Source: Trichodesmium erythraeum IMS101
GTDB taxonomy: Bacteria; Cyanobacteriota; Cyanobacteriia; Cyanobacteriales; Microcoleaceae
NCBI RefSeq assembly: GCF_000014265.1
Contig: NC_008312.1
Location: 3,150,001 to 3,182,000, forward strand
Direction of reading: 5' to 3'
Length of the DNA: 32,000 nt
The translations under genes were made by a program, and so were the position numbers. The notes below the pieces were generated by a model. It was not told the origin of the DNA, ran no database searches, and was given only the letters and a program-made list of their open reading frames with translations. This document shows positions 28,798-32,000 of the stretch, piece by piece. The number at the start of each line of letters is the position of its first letter. Position 1 is the stretch's first letter.

Positions 28798-29579
28798 ATT
28801 TCCTGAATAGTTATGTTCAATATCTTACAATCTTTATTCAGTATACTACTTTTAAGATGATAATTGTAATAATTTTAGTTCTCTTAATAAAAGTTAATGT
28901 GTTAATAATATTCCTTGAAAATAATTTCAAGCTTAACTTAATTTAAGACTTTTGACAATATTTAATCTACTAATAATTCAATTCATAGTCCATAAAAATA
29001 TGGCCTTTAAACTCCTATTCAATTATTAGTCATTGAAGCTACTGCCAATAGTATTTTAATTACTCGTTTAAATAATTGGGAAATTGTTTTAATCAAGTTT
29101 AAAAGCCTAAAAATTAGGAGTGAGCTGCTGAAATAATTTTTAGCTAACTTATGATTAGATTGCTCAAAATATTGCAAATACCCCAACAAATATTTAGGCT
29201 AAATTCTGATAACTACGCCCAAATAATAACCACTATTGGTGGTATTGTTAGATTAAGTCTATAGTACTTATTTAACTGTAAAAATTAACTATTTTATAGA
29301 GATAACAATTGCGACCCAAAAGATAGTCATAGTAAATGTTTGGCTCTTTTCATAAATTTCCAGAGCCTACAATAAAGTCAAAATGGTAAGAAAAACTTCT
29401 GCTCTATGCCAACATCCACGAAAATCTAGTTATTTAACCCGACATGATATATAGCAACAGACATATCGGTTAGGACATTGTATTTTGATTGAAACGCAAT
29501 AGGAAAAAGGCAACTAGTAACAATAAAGCATCCTAACAGTTGTAGCAACTACTATAACTAATAATTGACTTCTTCAAGC

Positions 29580-30479
29580 TTAAAGGCGATCGCCCAGTGG
29601 ACCTTTTCCTAAATTCTTCTCTAAAAACTCTATTATTTTGCCAGAAACATCTACTCCTGTAGCAGTTTCTATTCCTTCTAAACCAGGAGAAGAATTCACC
29701 TCCATAACTACTGGGCCATGATCAGAACGTAATAAATCTACCCCCGCAACTTTCAGCCCTATTGCCTTAGCTGAACGCATAGCAATTGAGCGTTCTTGTG
29801 GAGTCAATTTAATTTTTTTTGCTGTACCACCTTGATGCAAATTTGAGCGAAATTCTCCCTCAGTTCCCTGTCTTTTAATAGCAGCTATTACTCTATCTCC
29901 TACTACAAAACATCGGACATCTGCCCCACCTGCCTCTTCAATAAATTCCTGTACCAAAAAATTAGCATTCAAACCAGAAAAAGCTTCAATAACTGACTTA
30001 GCCACTTGATAAGTTTCAGCTAAAACTACTCCTATTCCTTGAGATCCTTCTAATAATTTTATCACCAAAGGAGCGCCACCAACAGTATTAATTAAACTAT
30101 TAATATCTTTAGTAAAATGAGCAAAACTAGTCACAGGCAATTCTATTCCTTCTCGAGCTAATAATTGTAAACAATGTAATTTATCACGAGAGCGAGAAAT
30201 AGCTAGAGAAGGATTTGCTGTAAAAACTCCCATCATTTCAAACTGTCTAACTACTGCCGTACCATAAAATGTTTTAGAAGCACCAATGCGAGGAATAATA
30301 GCATCAAATCCTTTTAAAGATTTACCCATGTAAATAACTTCAGTCTTCATAGAAGTAATTTTCATATAACAGCGTAAGTAATCAATAACATAAACTTCAT
30401 GACCGCGTTGTTCTCCAGCTTCCAGCAATTTTCTAGTAGAATAAAGACTTGGATCAGTAGATAAAATAGCAATTTTCAT
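29580..30479 (-). CDS. rimK: RimK-type ATP-grasp alpha-L-glutamate ligase
   Basis: 299 aa. MKIAILS...[36 protein letters not shown] and [27 protein letters not shown] are typical of RimK. Confidence 0.93.
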   Translation of the reverse strand: MKIAILSTDPSLYSTRKLLEAGEQRGHEVYVIDYLRCYMKITSMKTEVIYMGKSLKGFDAIIPRIGASKTFYGTAVVRQFEMMGVFTANPSLAISRSRDKLHCLQLLAREGIELPVTSFAHFTKDINSLINTVGGAPLVIKLLEGSQGIGVVLAETYQVAKSVIEAFSGLNANFLVQEFIEEAGGADVRCFVVGDRVIAAIKRQGTEGEFRSNLHQGGTAKKIKLTPQERSIAMRSAKAIGLKVAGVDLLRSDHGPVVMEVNSSPGLEGIETATGVDVSGKIIEFLEKNLGKGPLGDRL

Positions 30480-30844
30480 TTTGTTCTTTTCTACCTTTTG
30501 TAATCAGAAAATTAGGTTTAAAGTTTCCCATTTAAAGGGGAGAATACCAATTTAATAAATGCTTGTTATAGTTTCTTACCACCCCTAAACCCCCAAGGTT
30601 AGGGAGTAGGGGGTTAGGTAGGGAAGTTGCATAAATTACAACATAAAAATAATAACACCCTTTTAGATATTTATTATTAAAAAAGCTATTTTATAACTGT
30701 TAATTACTTCACAATTTAAATTATACCTAATGCAATAATTTTGCCCTTAGTATAAATAATAATATCCAGTGTTTTAATCATCCTAATTAAATAGAATATA
30801 CTATCAAATAGTAACTGATTAGTACAAACTAAAATACCACTATA

Positions 30845-31291
30845 TTAACTATTTTTTTCATTCATATCTAAATAGGATTTTCCAGGGTTAATTAAGAAAT
30901 TATTCTGCATAGCTTGTCGCCCCAATAACATTCTAAATTCCATAAATTCTCGATTAGTTAAGGTTAGTTCAATTTGCAATTTTTTGTTCATTAAGTTAAC
31001 TTCGGTTAAAATAACAGGACGTAACTCTGCTTTCCCATTAGAACTACGAACTTTTTTTTCATCTATTAGTTCTGCTTCAGCAATTACTATTAGATTAGTA
31101 TCTCGTTGTTTGGGATTAACTTTAAACTTAACCATCAATTTTCCGTCTTTTTCAAAAGTTTTAATATCAAAAGCGTGTAAAGCAGAATAATGGGCACCAG
31201 TATCAATTTTTGCCTTAATGCTAGTAATTCCAATTTCAGGTAAAACTATCCATTCTCGCCAACCAATAATAGGTAATTCTTGATATTTCAT
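30845..31291 (-). CDS. DUF785 / retropepsin-like putative protease commonly paired with RimK
   Basis: 148 aa. PIIGWREWIVLPEIGITSIKAKIDTGAHYSALHA contains the DTGA aspartic-protease-like motif of the Zn_protease (PF05618) family as I remember it. Located upstream of rimK on the same strand. Confidence 0.8.
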   Translation of the reverse strand: MKYQELPIIGWREWIVLPEIGITSIKAKIDTGAHYSALHAFDIKTFEKDGKLMVKFKVNPKQRDTNLIVIAEAELIDEKKVRSSNGKAELRPVILTEVNLMNKKLQIELTLTNREFMEFRMLLGRQAMQNNFLINPGKSYLDMNEKNS

Positions 31292-31519
31292 TTTTTAGGA
31301 AGAAGGAAAAATAAACAAGGAATAAAAAATAACCTTTGAAAATAGTCTAGTAAGGTGTGTTTTGCACAGCTACATGAAAAGCCAAGTGTAACCAACCATT
31401 TTCAAGTCTCATAAGATACTGCGTTACGGCGCAATTTTATCTTTTGAGATACAACTATGTAAACATAATTGCACCTGCAGCACCCTATAGACTCCCACTA
31501 CACACTACTTCCTACCTTT

Positions 31520-31553
31520 AACTTTTAACTTTTAACTTTTGACTTTTGACTTC
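31520..31553. repeat. Tandem heptamer repeat (aactttt x3, gactttt, gacttc) overlapping the gcvT stop codon
   Basis: Read directly: aactttt at 31520, 31527 and 31534; gactttt at 31541; gacttc at 31548. The gcvT stop (31525-31527) and its last about 8 codons (SQKSKVKS) lie inside the array. Confidence 0.85.
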
Positions 31554-32000
31554 TATAAAAGGGGCGCTTAACAACAATAGCTGCATAATTTTTACCCCTA
31601 ATTTCCACCTCTAACTTTTGACCTACCTTAGCTAATTTTTTAGGTACATAAGCCAGAGCGATCGCTTTCCCTAAAGTAGGAGACTTAGTACCGCTAGTAA
31701 CTTCCCCTACCACTTTGCCATCACTCAAAACAGGATAACCATGACGAGCAATACCGCGATCGAGCATTTCCAAACCCACTAAACGTTTTGATACTCCTTC
31801 CCTCTTTTGTGTTTCTAATACCTCACGAGCAATAAACTCCCCCTTTTTATCCAAGTGAACTAACCAACTTAAACCTGCTTCTAAAGGAGTAGTCTTAATA
31901 TCAATATCTTGACCATAAAGCGCCATAGCAGCTTCTAAACGCAAAGTATCTCTTGCTCCCAAACCGCAGGGAGTCACCCCAGCATTCAACAAACTGCGCC
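31525..32000 (-). CDS. gcvT: Glycine cleavage system T protein (aminomethyltransferase), C-terminal part; gene continues past the right edge
   Basis: PCGLGARDTLRLEAAMALYGQDID, TPLEAGLSWLV, GIARHGYPVL, VTSGTKSPTLGKAIALAYVP and EVEIRGK are conserved GcvT C-terminal motifs. The first codon in the track is TTG, and the frame stays open to the window edge. Confidence 0.92.
   Translation of the reverse strand, partial: RSLLNAGVTPCGLGARDTLRLEAAMALYGQDIDIKTTPLEAGLSWLVHLDKKGEFIAREVLETQKREGVSKRLVGLEMLDRGIARHGYPVLSDGKVVGEVTSGTKSPTLGKAIALAYVPKKLAKVGQKLEVEIRGKNYAAIVVKRPFYRSQKSKVKS

Overview
All calls below rest on hand translation and remembered motifs; no database or HMM search was possible.

This is an AT-rich cyanobacterial chromosome segment. 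HIP1 GCGATCGC sites are scattered through it, and ntcA is present. Coding density is low: by hand sum about 57% ordinary CDS and about 17% mobile-element DNA, with the rest ORF-free. That pattern is reminiscent of Trichodesmium-like filamentous cyanobacteria, which is an inference only.

Left third:
- A partial DUF3084-like gene.
- Housekeeping genes ntcA (-), fabI (+) and hisB (+).
- A roughly 2.5 kb group II intron sits in the fabI-hisB spacer, and its RT/maturase/HNH ORF is broken by two frameshifts.
- Downstream of hisB lie an IS630-family element (frame change at an A8 run plus an in-frame TGA) and an IS1-family element of about 850 bp with decayed ORFs.

Middle:
- A secreted DUF1400-type alpha/beta hydrolase.
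- A 2.17 kb ORF-free AT-rich tract.
- A zinc-ribbon Ser/Thr kinase with a WD40 domain.

Right half: the most unusual feature is three very large, same-strand (-) genes. None of the three has an N-terminal signal peptide.
- A 1363-aa RTX-type Ca-binding repeat protein containing near-identical 324-bp tandem DNA repeats.
- A 1372-aa protein that reads, N- to C-terminus, as propeptide, S8 subtilase, VWD, cadherin-like, Ig-like, then 7 FG-GAP blades.
- A 690-aa protein that reads as CAP/SCP, Ig/cadherin-like, then 7 FG-GAP blades.

The last two share a homologous C-terminal propeller cassette and about 40 nt of conserved 3' flank. A heavily decayed IS5/DDE_Tnp_4-like transposase lies between the RTX and S8 genes.

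The window ends with rimK, a DUF785 retropepsin-like gene, and the 3' part of gcvT.
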